The position numbers and the translations under genes were made by a program. A model generated the notes under the pieces. It saw only the letters and a program-made list of their open reading frames with translations, was not told where the DNA came from and did not search any database. A DNA stretch of 64,000 nt from positions 92,628,001 through 92,692,000 of the forward strand of contig OX597819.1 of assembly GCA_951406725.2 (NCBI GenBank), in the 5' to 3' direction. Source of the stretch: Octopus vulgaris. Lineage: Eukaryota. Positions 39,757 to 54,339 of the stretch are shown here, piece by piece (position 1 is the first letter of the stretch; every line of letters starts with the position of its first letter).

Positions 39757-39852
39757 CGAGGGGTGTATGAAAAGTTTGAGCCTTGAAGTCATCAAAAGTC
39801 TTGTACCATGTTTTGTTCTTTTCGAGGCTCAAGACTTTTCATTCACTCCTCG
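39757..39852. mobile_element. Mariner-type MITE
   Basis: TA|cgaggggtgtatgaaaagtt-tgagcct ... aggctca-agacttttcattcactcctcg|TA. Terminal inverted repeats (TIRs) of about 27 bp and a TA TSD. Confidence 0.85.
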
Positions 39853-39879
<27 letters not shown>

Positions 39880-39887
<8 letters not shown>

Positions 39888-40120
39888 ATCGACCAGACCA
39901 TCAGATGTTACACATCGCTGGTCACAACGCGCTCACATCGTTCCAGCCTTCGGATGACGCCACCCCGCTGGCCAAGCGAGCTGGCCAACAGAAGAAAGAG
40001 TGGCGAAAGAGCACAGCAGGGATCACCACCCCCCGCCGGAGCCCTATGGTACTCTTTTAGGTGTTCTCACTCAACAAACACCCACAATGCCCGGCCTGGG
40101 AACCGAAACCGCGATCCCAC
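39880..40120 (-). mobile_element. tRNA-derived SINE (37939 family), truncated
   Basis: Reverse complement of 37985-38188. Confidence 0.75.
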
Positions 40121-40128
40121 GATATATA

Positions 40129-40177
<49 letters not shown>

Positions 40178-42528
40178 TTATATAACACATGATAGATAGA
40201 TAGACAGATAGATACATATATAGATGTAAATATATTCATACACACACACACATATATAAATTTATATACATATATATACATACATATATATTGTATAGCA
40301 TATGCATGTGTATGCTTGAGTGTTTCTGTGTGTGTATGTATGCATGTATGTTTGTATGTATGTACGCACATATATGTGCACGTATATATGTAGTATGTAT
40401 GTGTGCATGCATGTACGTAGGCGTGTGTGCGGTTATTTGTGGGAGACAATTTTTTGGTATTACACATGAAATATTAAACGCTATCCATACTCTAATTTTA
40501 GTGTTACTTCTAGAGTTTTCCTACTCCTGTATCATCCCTTTGTTTCATTTGGAGCAATTATTGCGGAGCACGAACGGTACTACAAGAAATTCTCAGCCTT
40601 AACTTTACGCTGAAACTTTTTTAGTCACGTTTATTTTGGCTCTCGTTGACGCGATGCTGTTTAACACCGGATCAAAGCTACACCGAAGCGTATTGTCTAC
40701 GACAACATTATAAGATTGTAGCGTTTTGCTATTTTTTACTGGTCGAGTGACTTCGTGAGAATTTCCTCCATCTCAATGAAGGAATGACAGAATCGGTGTC
40801 GTTTCCAACAAATTGCTTTTAATTATTTGTCTAAGCATTTTGCATTCTGAATTAATATTCCATTTGTGTCTGATATTCTCTTTCTGCCGTCCAGCTATAA
40901 TAAAATAAAGTACCAGTGATACACTGAGTTTATATAGTCAATTATACCATTTATCCCGAAATCTGTCACTTTGTGGTTATGTAAGAAATCATTATAGAGG
41001 AATTATAGAGACGACATTATGTCACTTTCTTATTCCTGACGACCTGTCTTTAAAAATATTTGACTGTTCGCATGAAAAACATTTCATTAGTCACAAAAAT
41101 TGTCCATGTTTTCTGGTGTTCGTTTGCTAATACCTCGTGTTTTGCGTAAGCTGGGTATTTTAATATTAAAGTCGTTCCCATGACCAATCTTCTAGTCTCT
41201 GGGGAGAAAATTCAATAATATGCTTACGTTATTGGCTACATATCATCTACGTAGTTGTTTTTTATTTTATTTTGTGTGTTTCAATGGCACTTTGTTTTAG
41301 ATGCATGGACAGTCGTCCAGAAAGTTAGGAGTATATTTGTATATCTAATATAATATTTAGAGTCATGAAGTTTACAGCTGTCATGTTTGCATATGAATTT
41401 GTATATTACATTAGAAATTGGGAATTTCTTCAGCGAATTGTGTCGGCTGGATATCTCTGTAAATTAAAAAAATAAATAAAATCAATAATGCTCAGTTGAA
41501 AAGCTTTCAACCGAGTTATCATTTCCCAATCGCTGTGATCAAGTACGAATGTTACACAACATACAAACATTTTAGTTTGATATAATGTTTTCGAATTTCG
41601 TATTTGAGAGTCTATTCAGTCATTAGTATGTGATCTATAGTGTTATATTATTAGAAGTAATCAGATAAAAGGTGTATATATCACAAAAACGGTTTTCCAA
41701 TGCACCAGTTATTTTTGCAACGATGACTTCTTCCGAAACGTCAAAACGGACATTCCTCACGATACATGCACTTATTTTCCGAACACAAATATGTCACGCT
41801 ACATTCAGTAGTTACTATACGGTAATTGATAACGTGATTGCAGAAAATAAATATATAAAATATTTGATAGCGTTCATTGAGCGTTTTATGCTTTGGGGGA
41901 AAAAATATTTTGCTAAGTATTGTAGAGAATCTCAGACAAGGTGAGTTAACTTAAACATTGATTTTTTTTTTAACGGAAAACACATAGCTGATTCAAATCG
42001 GTGTAAGCATATCAAGAAGTAGTGATGTGAAATAAAACCATAACAATTGCAAATGTTAAATAGATGTACTCCAGTGAAGTTATTCGCAGTTTCTTTTCTC
42101 AATCAGATACTTTCATTATTATATAGATCTCAGTTATTTTCTTATTATTACAGGCTCTATAACAATGCGTGGTGTCGACTCGTTCGAGCAGATTAACTCA
42201 TAGAGAACTCGGCGTCTTGTGCTGTACGGAATTTTGTCAGTGAACAGGTCGCGGTCTGAAAGCGGAGAAAATATTTTGACAAATTAAATGTTGAAGTGAA
42301 TCTAACGGTTTTTGTGTGTTTCTTAAATGGCTTATAAATACCTTCCACGCTGCAATTAATCTTTCTTTAATTACATATATACTACATTTCAGTGTTTGAT
42401 AGTTATAATTCTGTGACATATACATTACTACCGTACCAGCTTAAATAGAAGCATAATTCTCCTAACCGAAGATAATAGAATTCTTATCCATTTCCACTAG
42501 CACAGTTATTGAGTACCTTAATTTTAGG

Positions 42529-42608
<80 letters not shown>

Positions 42609-43859
42609 ATATATATACTAGCGAAATCTAAACATTTCTACTTTGACCCATAAATTTATTGATCTGAAAAAAAATGTTTCATGATGTTAAAGATTTCGAT
42701 TATGTCTTCCATTTTATACCTTAGTTAGGTTGATAATGACTTGACAGTGGAGGACAAGTCGTGGTGAGCAGAAAAACATGTATTTCTGTAAAGACAGCCA
42801 CATTGAGTTGAAAGATAAATTACGTAAAGCTGTAACATCAATTGTCCATAATAAGTCACCCAGCAGATAAGAACAGAAGTGCGCATAGTTCAGAAATAAA
42901 GGTTCAAGCTTAGCTTAGAACAAAGATAATCGGCGATCAAACTGATCGGAGCATAATGTATTACATATATAGCTTTCTTTTCTGAAGATGAGGTTAATAA
43001 CCCGAAGATTGTATTATTATCCTCACATGATGTCAAAAGCAGTTTCGTATTTTCCAATTAACTGCATAAAGTCATAATGCAAGTGAAATTGAAATTTCCA
43101 CGTTTGTAGATGTAATATAAATTATAACTATTCTCATGCAAGTTATGTAAATCTAGGCATATATAAACTAAGGTTATTTGTCATCTCCTAAATAGTTCCA
43201 TAAAGCTTGCCATAAAAATCTAAATGACATTTATCAAGTGCCACAATCTTGTCCGGCATTTGATGACACCATTCTCTTTATTATGATAAAGTGTAAGTGG
43301 CTCACTTGTGGGAAAGAGATACTGTGAGTGCTCTTGTTCGTTGTTTACATAGAGCATAGTGTGATCGATTCTGAGTAAATTATTGGCCCCAGTACTTGAC
43401 TGATATTTTATCGATTTTGATATGATTGAAGGAAAAGTAGTTCGACATGATTTGAAGTTCGAAGCGGAATAGATTCCTCGAGGTATTTCTTCTGACCTGG
43501 CAAGATTGATAATCTACCACCTTAAAATATTATTAGTAATTATTAACTTTGTCTCGCTGCCTTTTTAGGAATATGGATTTACTAAGAGGAGAAGATTCCC
43601 TGTCCCCTCACTCCCGCCCCTTTTAGTCGCCTCTTACGCCACCCAGAGAATACTCAGGGACAGCATTCTACCGATTCCCCCGCCAGTCGCGGCGGGCTTT
43701 GCTAGTTAATCCATAGCTGGGACCCTTACAGGTGCTACCACTCTGGGTCAGAGTAGATCTGGGAACAATAGTGTCTAAGAGGTCGTCCGCACTCCTCAAA
43801 CCCTGAAACCAGGGACCCAGGGTCCGCTACCGGATGTAGTTTATAGTCATACCCAGGTA

Positions 43860-45025
43860 GATGTTAAATTGTTGAGAGTTGTTCAGTTTTTATAGAGAAA
43901 GTAGGGCGTGCGTTAGGGTGAGTGATTTTGTGTGAAGGTGAGTTAAGACAGGGTTGTGTTAATTTATATATGGATGTTTAATTTATATGGATGGTGTGTT
44001 GAGACAGGTAAATGCTAGAACCTTTGGTGGGGGAGTTCAAATGGTGGGAGAAAATGGAGAGAAATGACAGGTGACGGATTCGGAAGAGTAAGTGAGGAGA
44101 CCGGTGGTGGAGTTTGGAAGAGTGTGTGAGAAGAGGAAACTGAAAGTGAATGTAGCTAAGAGTATGGTTATGAGATATTCGAGAGATGGATTGGATGGTA
44201 GGATGGATGTGAGTATAAATAGTGAGATGTTAGAGGAGGTGAGTGATTTTAATTATCTGGGGGACACATGTGATGGTTGATGGGGGGGGGTTGAGGAGGT
44301 GGGATACAGAGTGAGGGAGAGGAGTAAGATACTTGGAGTTGTGAAAAGTATGCTGAGAGATAAAAGGTTGAGTATGAAAGCGAAAAGAGGTGTATATGAA
44401 TGCATGACTATGCCGACAATGTTATATGGTGTAGAGGTGGAAAGCAGGAAAGCAGTTGTGTTAGAGATGAGATGTCTGAGGGCTATAGTCGGTGTAACAC
44501 GGATGGACAGGATGAGACATGAGGAGGTGCGAATACGAGCAGGAATGAGAGAAAAACTAACAACCAAAATAGATAGACGAATGTTGAGGTAGTTTGGCCA
44601 CATGTAGACGATGGATGAGGAGCGGATGGTAAGGAAGGTGATGAAGGCAGAAGTGGTAGGCAGCAGAACCCGAGGCAGACCTCGGTTTGTGTGGATGGAT
44701 GGAATGAGGATAGCTTTGGTGGTTAGAGATGTTGGAGTGAGAGAAGTATGAGTGTTTATGAATGATAGGAAAACCTGGAGAGTTTTTGTGAACGGATGAG
44801 TGAATTTGATGCTGCTCAAAGGAGTAAGGAACTAGCATGAGGCAGCGGAGTAAACCAACACACACTGTCGGGCCCCGCTGCTGATATTGAGGGTTGCGTT
44901 CTATGCTTTGACCCGAGCATAGAACGGGACTCCCCTCTTTGAACAGGGAGATGAATAGAATGCCTGATGTGCGTCTTGCTGTGGCTACCCCCTCCCCCCA
45001 CCAAAAAATGGGGAATAGGCCTGGG
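43860..45025 (+). pseudogene. 5'-truncated RTE-clade LINE (RT C-terminal half plus 3' UTR)
   Basis: LRQGCV..FNLYMDGV, EFGRVCEKRKLKVNVAKSMVM, EEVSDFNYLG, EMRCLRAIVGVTRMDRMR..E.R, LR*FGH..RM, GSRTRGRPRFVW.D. Confidence 0.85.
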
Positions 45026-46194
45026 TATATATATGATAAGAATTATTAACTTCTCACCGGATATTTATTTCTAGTTATCTCTTTAATATTCTTTATATTA
45101 AATACATTATCACTGACTTACTTAATCTTTTTCTTCGTATGTAATATTTAATGGTTATAGAATCCGATTTTCGGTGGCAATATACAATCTGCTATATATA
45201 TTTAATGCTTATTTCAATCCAACTTCAATGAGAATAGTGACGGCTTTATTTCGCGGTGAAGGGCAAAATATGTCGGAAATATATCCAAAGGAGTCCCATA
45301 CACTTGCCAGATAAATGGAAATAATATTTGCCATTGACTAATGGCTTTCTTATTCGGTAGTCTTTGTATATTTATTTTCTGTTTAGCTTCCTTAAGGTTC
45401 TCATGCACTAAATATGTTAGCATTAATGTATCTATCACTCTTCATGCGAATATCTCTGAATTATTTATTATTCAAATAATTCTATATAAGCAGAACATAT
45501 TTTGTATATTCAATATGACTACCTTTCAGGCTTAACTGTTAAGTATTTCATTTACGTATCAGGGTAACAGATAGTAAAGTAACATCAATATTCAAAAAGA
45601 TAAGGAGCATAGTTCATCTTCCAACTATATGTGCTATGTTTTGTATACTGGTAACAAATAATCTACGTAAGTTTGTAATTCGTTAATGCTGAGAGAGTTG
45701 TAGCAGTGTAATGATTGATTATGTGGTTGTATTACTGTAATGGATTAGCATGTCAACGATAAAGTTGTAGATTTAGTGTATTATGGTTTAAAATAGTTGA
45801 TTGGTACAAACTCTAGGAACATTGGGAATGTATTGAAGATTCAATGTCTTGCAGTATTTAGTTACAACCCATTATGTTCAACTTGCTTTGAAGGTTGGAT
45901 ACGTATTCTTTCCTTATGAATAAAGAAAGTAATTAGTAGCCAAGTTAAATTAAACAATTTCATGATTCCGTCATTTTCTTTGTTATGGCTGTTTATCAGA
46001 GTAATATACGCTCATATACTCACACACACACACATACACTCACTCACAAGCATACACACACATATTCATTCACAAGTATTTCGTATGGGGTCACAAATTT
46101 ACAAAGAAAAAGCTGAAGTTATTTGAATCAACTATAATACATGATTGCAAAATGTGTTTTTTTTGTTCTTTGTTCTTGAAGAATGGATACAGAT

Positions 46195-47060
46195 TTAGCC
46201 TTAACTACACATACACGTATTCTCTCTACGAATCAATGTACAAGCGGCAAACTGTCTGCCGCACTCCGACAGTTCGTAAAGCACCTCATAAATATCTGGT
46301 TGGGCAACGTGTCACCTGTCGCTCGATATTTCCGCTCCACCGACCACTGCATTTTGAGTTGACTTCCAATAACAGTCTATCACTTCCAAATGGAACAGGA
46401 CCGCATTGCTTATTTACGAATTACCAGTCAACATTACCAGCCACAATCTATTCAACCTGTACTTCATCGTCCTCGCCTCCGTTGTGCGCATCATAAGTAA
46501 CAATTTATCGCTTTATTCTCTTTTTCTTCTTTTCTACTATTTCTACGTAGGCACAAGAGCGATTTAAAACTCACACATTCAACTTACCAATACAATCTAA
46601 ATGTTTGGGGGTTTTAATTCTTGGATCTTGGAGTTTACAATTTCGATTTTACTTTCTCAAATACACCGGTTTCCCTTATGATATTTTTACCATGTGAGCA
46701 CGATCCACGCAAAAACTCACTTTTTACGCTTTTTACGCTAATTACCCCAACCAAAATGTATGTATTTATTATACATTCAACCCATCAAACTCCTAATCTA
46801 ATAAATACCGAACGTCTTAGCCACTAAGCGCACCCTTACTGAAAGATGGCACTTGCACGACCACCTCACCTCTCTCCTTGAATCTACCTCATAGAATCGC
46901 TTTTTTCTCAAGATTTTAGCTCTCCACATTTCCTGTCTCTTTCCTCCAATTATTATGTTTTTCGCGCTCTCTGTCTCTCTTCATCGTTTCTTCTTAACAA
47001 GCACCGATGCCCGAAATGCTAAAGCAGTATGCCATTGTTTCTTAGGTTAAACTAATTGAC
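46195..47060 (+). pseudogene. Decayed PLE GIY-YIG and 3' region with relic hammerhead at 47001-47032
   Basis: MYKRQTVCR...FVKHLINIWLGNVSPVARYFRSTDH resembles YIGQTGR....F.EH......PV.RHF. The relic reads gca CCGATG-ccc GAAA tgct-aa-agca g TA tgc, with stem II partly deleted. Confidence 0.55.
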
Positions 47061-47074
47061 CATTTGTACACATT

Positions 47075-47256
47075 TTACATTAGTTTGACTGCTGTCTTCA
47101 TCTTGATTGTGACTTTCACTACGTTTCAGCTGTTGTACACTCCAGCCTTCTTCAGGTGTCTTGTGGTTCACCTTAGTGCCTTGCCAGGAAGTGAACTCAG
47201 AACCTCTAGGTGGCTGCACTGCATTAACCAACGCCTTTATCCACTACACTATGCCC
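47075..47256 (-). mobile_element. Short tRNA-headed element with intact hammerhead (SINE-like)
   Basis: Minus strand reads gggca TAGTGTAGTGG (A box) ... gagttcacttcc (B-box-like), then the HHR, then a tail shared with 18090-18135. Confidence 0.75.
47117..47158 (-). ncRNA. Type I hammerhead ribozyme
   Basis: Minus strand reads cac CTGAAGA a-ggctg-gagtgtacaa-cagct GAAA cg TA gtg. Confidence 0.85.
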
Positions 47257-47853
47257 TTAGAGTGAAATTTTCGGCTTATAAAGCTCCATTGTTGTCTTAC
47301 GTCTTATTTGTGAAGATGCACTATCTTCACACATAAGACGTGTTCTTTGCATGTCGTTTCTATGTCATTTAGAAGTTTCTATGTATGTGAGTGTATGTGT
47401 GTGTTTGTGTGCCTTCATACACACTTATAAACAGAAATATTTTCATCTCCTATCTATCTATTTATCTGTCTTTCTATGTTAAATTTATATAAATAAGGAC
47501 AAAATTTATTTCGTCATTATATTCACTGCGGTGGTATTTTGACCATATCGCACGAGGAGTTTTAGACGGACAATTTAAACTGGTCGTGTGTATGTATACA
47601 TTCGTATATGTAAGTATTCGTATGTTATATATATATATATATGAGTATATTCCACTGATGAAGGCAGAGCATTTCTTATGCAGAGCCATAAATCCAGGAT
47701 TTGGAATTATCCAGTAATGTTTATTTTGCTAGTTTATTTTGTCTCTTTGTCTTCTCTCCTGGTGCTGTATGAACATTTCATGTGGTTTTAGAGTCAAGTT
47801 TTGTCTGCTATTTCCAGCGTAGTGGTTTCTCTTAGATACCCTAAATTATAAAT

Positions 47854-47959
<106 letters not shown>

Positions 47960-48067
47960 ATCCCATGACCGACCAGACCATCAGATGTTGCTACACATCG
48001 CTGGTCACAATGCGTTCGCATTGTTTTAGCCTTCGAATGACGCCACCCCGATGGCTAAGCGAGCAGG

Positions 48068-48157
<90 letters not shown>

Positions 48158-49279
48158 AAATATATACCCCTCATTACACTTTGTTTTCTATACGGGACAC
48201 TACTTGTTGCCTTCAAACTTGTTTGTGTATTATGTGTACGAGGCATATTTACTGTATATTAAGTATGTAAATACATCATACGACATTATTTTGTTTGTAG
48301 AAACAACGTTTTAAACATTGATGGTGTGTGTATGTGTGTGCGTGTGTGTGCATGTACGTGCATGCGTATATATAGATATATTCATTGTTTTTCCTGTATA
48401 TTATCAATACATAAAAGAAGAGATTTGAAATAAACTCGACTAATGAGTTCGATACATGTCATTAGTCGATTTGAGCAATAATTAGTAATATCTACGAATT
48501 TACAAGGATTATTATTTTTCTTAACCTTTGTATTACCAATGAGCAAAAGAGCGTCACATTCAAATTCCCCTATTAATTAATGCCAGGAATATGAAAGCAC
48601 ATTTTATGCTTAAAGTCATATATTTCAATTATTTCATGAAAGCAATACTACTAATTATAAATTACATTTATTTTAGTCATTTAATGTATTTAAGAGCGAA
48701 CACCGGAGAGGCTAACCATAGCTGACGATGTAGCTTTAATTCAATGATTAAGTAAGTGATTACACTTCATTTAGACTGCTGCTAGGCTCTTGAGAGCTAC
48801 GGAAACCATCCTTCTCAGAGACAAGATCACGTTTACTGTCTAAAACGGATACTTACGTGTATGCATATACTTGTATGTGTATGTGTTTATGTATGTGTGT
48901 ATATATGAGTGTGTGCGCGAGTGTATGTTTTTTTGTTTTTAAGACAGAAATTCGTCTTATGTTACTTTATGTTCTTTTGCGAATGCTAATTCGAAATATC
49001 AAAAAAGGTATTTCCGATAACCTAGGGTTTTCTCACTATTTAATAATAAAATATATAACAATTTGTAGGTAAATCCACGTACGATAGGTCAAAATGAAAC
49101 TAATAACATTTAATTTGCTAATTTATTTAGCAAATAAAATGGCACAAATGCAATTGAATAGTGACAAAATATATTTTTATGTGGGTTTCAGTCATCTTTT
49201 AGGCTCAGCACTTCAAATCTGTTCTTTTTCACTTGGGAACCACGCTTTGAACTCTTTCACTTGTGAGCATCTGATGGGC

Positions 49280-49660
49280 ATTTACAATGCAACATCCAGC
49301 AGTAGTTGGCCATCATACTGACATTCCATATTTCCTGATATCTTCATTCCATCTCCTTTATGTCTTGAAGAAACTTTTCCCCTGATCCCCACTCACATCC
49401 CCCAGATTTTCCAGAGAGAAATCCAAATGGGCATGTAAGAAATGGACTTTAATGCTCATTTTACATCTTAAGGCTTCAAAATTTTCCAGCAAGGTCTTTG
49501 TAATTTGGTTACTTGTGATTACCAAAGAAATTCTTTATCTCATCTTTAAAACTTATCCATGCATCTTTTTCAGAATCACTATAAGAGTTTTCAAAATTGT
49601 CATTCCTGACGAGTTTTCTTATATGTGGGCCTACAAATCAGATCAGAAAGAGATTGGCTC
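49280..49660 (-). pseudogene. CMC-Chapaev3-like transposase relic
   Basis: EKDAWISFK...NFFGNHK...LRCKMSIKVHFLHAHLDF..ENLGDVS.DQG..QDIKEME.RYQ..WNVSMMANYCW. Confidence 0.8.
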
Positions 49661-50923
49661 AACTAAAACAATATAGTATTAATACTTACAAATGGTATCA
49701 GGTACACGTTTCTACGATAGCCAACACTAATCGGATGTACATGTATATTCATATTTAGAAAGATATTAAATAAACATCTATAAAATGTGTGAGGATATTT
49801 TTGTTTAAGATTATATGTATACTAAATAAATAGATAAATTTACAAATACTTACGATAAATGGAAATGTTTAATGTATATCTTACAAATAACATCGAAAGT
49901 TCATAGGCGACAAAATGTGTTTCTATAGTAACAAACTGTCGCGTATGTTGCAGATGTTTATGTCAAAGCAAACATATAGGATGAAATCGTATAAGAAATT
50001 AATTTAGTCAAACAAATAAGTAGTAAAACAGACAATAAAAAAAATTGATTATTATATACAGTTAAATTTAAATCTCATATGAAAGAATTGTAAATAAGAA
50101 TATAAAGTATCTAAATTGCGATTTGTTTAAGTTAGAAATATTAAGCAAGATTATATCAGATTGAATGCGATATTCAATATCTAAAGTTTATTACACTGAT
50201 ACTCACATGCACACTCGCACGCACAGATCATAGTAAGTGGCCTTTTCATCTTAAGGTATATATCTTCAACAAAAGATGCGTACGTTTTTCAAATTACGTT
50301 AGGATTTTTAAATATATTTTTACGTATAACATTACGGCTGGCTTTGAAAACGAGGATTTCAAGAAATCTAATTGTACGACCTTTGACTTGTAAAGACACA
50401 TAAAAAGGATATTTGTAGTTCATTAGATAAATATGCAAGCTAAGATGATAAAATTTCTCCAGACGTTACAGCTACATGTACGATCTTAGAGAAATGTAAA
50501 TTTGGTTGCACGTATTCATTATTTAGCGTAGTTTAGAATAAGGTGCCTCAAATAAAAACGAGAGGAAGATGCAAACTTTCTCTTTAAACCAAAGAATAAA
50601 CAAGCGAATATAGTGGAAATTATAGAACTGAAGTTAATAGTAGTGAATATAGATATTTAATTCGGTGATTACATAAATAGATTGTATTGGCACCATATAT
50701 ACACACATGTATATCCATATATTTTTGCATATTCAAATACATATTTATGGGTACATACTGTTTTGGGAAACGCAAAATCGACTGTTTTATCTGTGTATAT
50801 ATCCATATGCCTACAACAATATTTGTGTATGTATATGTGTTAGGATTAATCATCTATATGTATAGATGTATGTCGGTGCACCCAGTAAAATGTTTGTCTG
50901 TTGATATGTAAACATTGAATTTA

Positions 50924-51345
50924 CGAGGGGCGTTCAATAAGTAATGCCCCTGACCCACTTCCCATAGCAGTAGAGCAACGACACTTGGCACAGTTATTAG
51001 TCTTTTCCTACATAGGAACTACCCAGAGTTATGCATTTCTCCCATCGTTTGATACAACTCTGGAGACCGTTTTTGTAGAAGACCCCAGCTTGGTCCTCCA
51101 ACCACGACGTGACTTCAGAAATCAAGGCTGCATCATCTGGGAAACGCTTTCCTTTCAAAATCAACTTCATGGCTGGGAAGAGGTGAAAATCAGAGGATGC
51201 AAGGGGAGGAGTTCATAGCTGCACGCCTGTGCTTCTGATCTGGCGGCACGCGAGTTGTGGACCGGAGCGTTGTCCTGCAGGAGGAGGATGCCTTTGCTGA
51301 TCTTGCCCCGCCTCTTGATTTTGACAACTTCTCTTAATTTCCTCA
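50924..51345 (-). mobile_element. Mariner transposon 3' end
   Basis: TA|cgaggggcgttcaataagt TIR. Translation gives LLLQDNAPVH..YELLP..SDFHLFP..LKGKRF..FYKNGLQSCIKRWEKCI. Confidence 0.9.
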
Positions 51346-51984
51346 AAAGTGAAGCATAATAGGCTCGTATTTACCAATGCATTCTTATCTGTTTCCTCTT
51401 CTATTTTTTCTCTTGCCAAAGACGATATTATTCTAGCGTTCGCTACATTGCCTCGTCTGGCCTAACCGACTTCCGTATTAGTTTTCGATTGGTTTGTTGT
51501 ATGTCTCCACTATCCTGTTTTTGTTACCAACTTTGACCCTCCGCAAATACCAAATTTTATTTTGGTTCGCAGGAGTAACTGCCTTTCGAAGTTTCATATT
51601 GCTGTTAAATGCTCGAAATGAGGAGTAGATAGACAGCCGACACCTGATGAAGGGTCGTTCTTTATGCTACTTGTCTTGTTTACCATTTGTTTCTCTCGCA
51701 CAAAATCTGGTGTATGCATATACAAGTCAGTTGTTACAGACGAAAGAAAAAGTAAACATTAAGCATGAGGAGGAGGAAGAGAACATTGGAGAAGACGAAC
51801 AAGAAAGAGAAACAGAAAACTAGCTAGAGAAGGGAGAAAAAGATAGGGACATAGAGTGATACGTAAAGACGTTAGCAAGTAGCAAGCAGGAATCGATACT
51901 TCATAAAGTTTGCGCAACGAACGCACATATAAAATTACACATATATATATATATATATTAGTATAGATATACATACGAATAAAC

Positions 51985-52345
51985 ATTCAACTTTACCTTT
52001 CATCCTTTCGGGGTCGATAAATTAAGTACCAGTTGCGTACTAGGGGCGATCTAATCGACTGGCCTCCTTCCCCAAAATGTCAGGCCTTGTGCCTAGAGTA
52101 GAAAAGAATATTAGTGCCGCAAGCTGGCAGAATTGTTAGCATGCCGGTCAGAATGCTTAGCAGCAGTTCGTCCGTCTTTACGTTCTGAGTTTAAATTCTG
52201 CAGAGGTCGATTTTGCTTTCATTCTTTCGCAGTCGATAAAAATAAGAAACAGTCAAGCACTGGGGTCGATGTAACCGATTTAACAGGTCGATTTACCTGT
52301 TCCATCGAACTGGCTGACCTTGTTCCAAATTTGAAATCAATAATA
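51985..52345 (+). mobile_element. Two adjacent Nin-type SINE copies
   Basis: cctttcatcctttcggggtcgataaattaagtaccag core, followed by a second head at about 52115. Confidence 0.75.
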
Positions 52346-54339
52346 ACTAATTACCTACATTTATTGTCGGATCAAAGTTGTTAAGTTAATATATGTAGGT
52401 TTCTCTGTACATGTGTTGTCTTATTGTTGTTGATTGGTTACTTTCTCTTTAGCCATTGGCCAGCTTCTATCAAGCAGAGCTATTATGAGAGTGGTTCCAC
52501 ACAATGTCTTTTTGACAACATTGTCAAATGTATCCTTTCTTTTTTTAAGATGTGAAATTGTCATGTGAGCGGAATGAAACTACTATTTCTAGCAGAAATT
52601 CCAACACTCAGAGACGTATTGTCTCGTAAGTATGATTGTTCTTTCTTTTTATTTTTTGTTTTTTTCGTAATTCTTTATTTTCCTACTTTGAAATTTCAAC
52701 TCTCTCTTTCTTCCATCTCTCTTTCTCTGTCTTTCTATGTCTTTCTCTAAATCTATTTACCTCTCTTTGTCTCTTCCTGTCTTTCCACAATCTATCTCAC
52801 ATCCATGTGTTCCGCTCTTTATCTCACTTTCATGTGTTTTTACCTTTTTCCCATACTAATTTATTTATTATTTTGTATTTCTTTTTCCTCCCTTTTTATC
52901 CCCTTATCAATAGCAAAAAATGTACCATTTCTTCTCATGAATTCTATTTAAATCCACATCGATATTATGTCTCATATTTCTCTAGAAATAGCATGCAGAT
53001 TCAGACAAATGTGGTTATCGTTACATTTCCTCCACCTGAAGTATATTTGACTAAATTGCATAATAAGCTATAGGGACAGTTTGTCTGGTTTATTTAGTCT
53101 AAAACACAATGCTCTAGTTTCTTTATTTTATATTCCTAACATTGATGCCGCCCCGCTCAGTAACAATCAGAAATCTAATAACCTAATTCTCTATAAATTC
53201 CTACTATTTCGTCTCATTTTGCTATCCTCTACTGGCTTTATTTATTTATTGTTTTTTTACAAATGATATATCCTTGTCATAGAACTTTCGCCTCATTTAC
53301 TTTCCTTCAAGACATTTTTAACAGGTAATAACATCTTGACAATTAGACACAAGGGAATTTAGCACATGTCTGAGTGGAAAATTGGAAAGATTATCGCAAA
53401 GCATTTTAACAACACGTTGACGATTACGCCAATTTACATAACGGTAAAAGGCAAATTTGAACTCGGCGTCATTCGTATTCAGAACGTAAAGGACTAGGAC
53501 AAGTATTGCAAGGTATTTCATTCCACACTCTAACAACCCTGCGATTTGGCCGCCTTTTGATATGTGAAACGTTTTACGAATTTTGGTGTTGTTTATGAGG
53601 AGATGCTGTGCTAATTTACTGAGTAACGTTCCAATTTTGAATATATACTTCTGGTTTACACAATACTGGCTTAAAACTGGAAGGACTTATTGAATAACGT
53701 ATTTTAAAAATAATATGATTTTGAAACCTTTGATCTTCGGCTTTGCTTCATGAGGACTGACTCTGTGCAACAGCCACAAAAGAAGCAAACCCAAATCCTT
53801 GTCTGGCTATGCTAATTATTGATGTGAAATGAGACAAGTGTCAATAAAAACCAATTTTTTTATTAAACGAATTGTTTTTATTATATACACTCAGTTTGGC
53901 CCTGAGCATATGGACACATGATCAAAATAGTTCCAGCTATGAGCATCCCATGATCATCCCAAATTATTTTCATATATACTGAATCTAAAATTATATAATC
54001 TGAATTCTGAACGTACTGCAATGCCAGGTCAACTTCCATTAGTTCGAAAATAAAACCAGTTTAATATCAAATAGCATATTTGTTATTTATTAAATATGTA
54101 AAAACAGATGCAATACGTTATTCGAGAATATTGCACTTCACAGTAATATGAAGATTATTAGAATTACTCTCTTCAGATCGCTGCTTTACATACATCTTGA
54201 ACTTCAGATGCGTAAGCTTTCGAAATTAAGCCACATTTATATCTCGTCTTTAGGTGTCCTTTTAAAAATAGGGCTTTGTAGAGATGAAACTCTACTTGAC
54301 AAGGCTTGAGCGGTGACATAAATAACGGGATATATTGGC

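Noticed and set aside
42982-43015. CTGAAGA...GAAG hammerhead-like string (also lone CTGACGA at 27822, 41036 and 49606)
   Set aside because: No GAAA/UH or closing stem I. Such matches are expected by chance.
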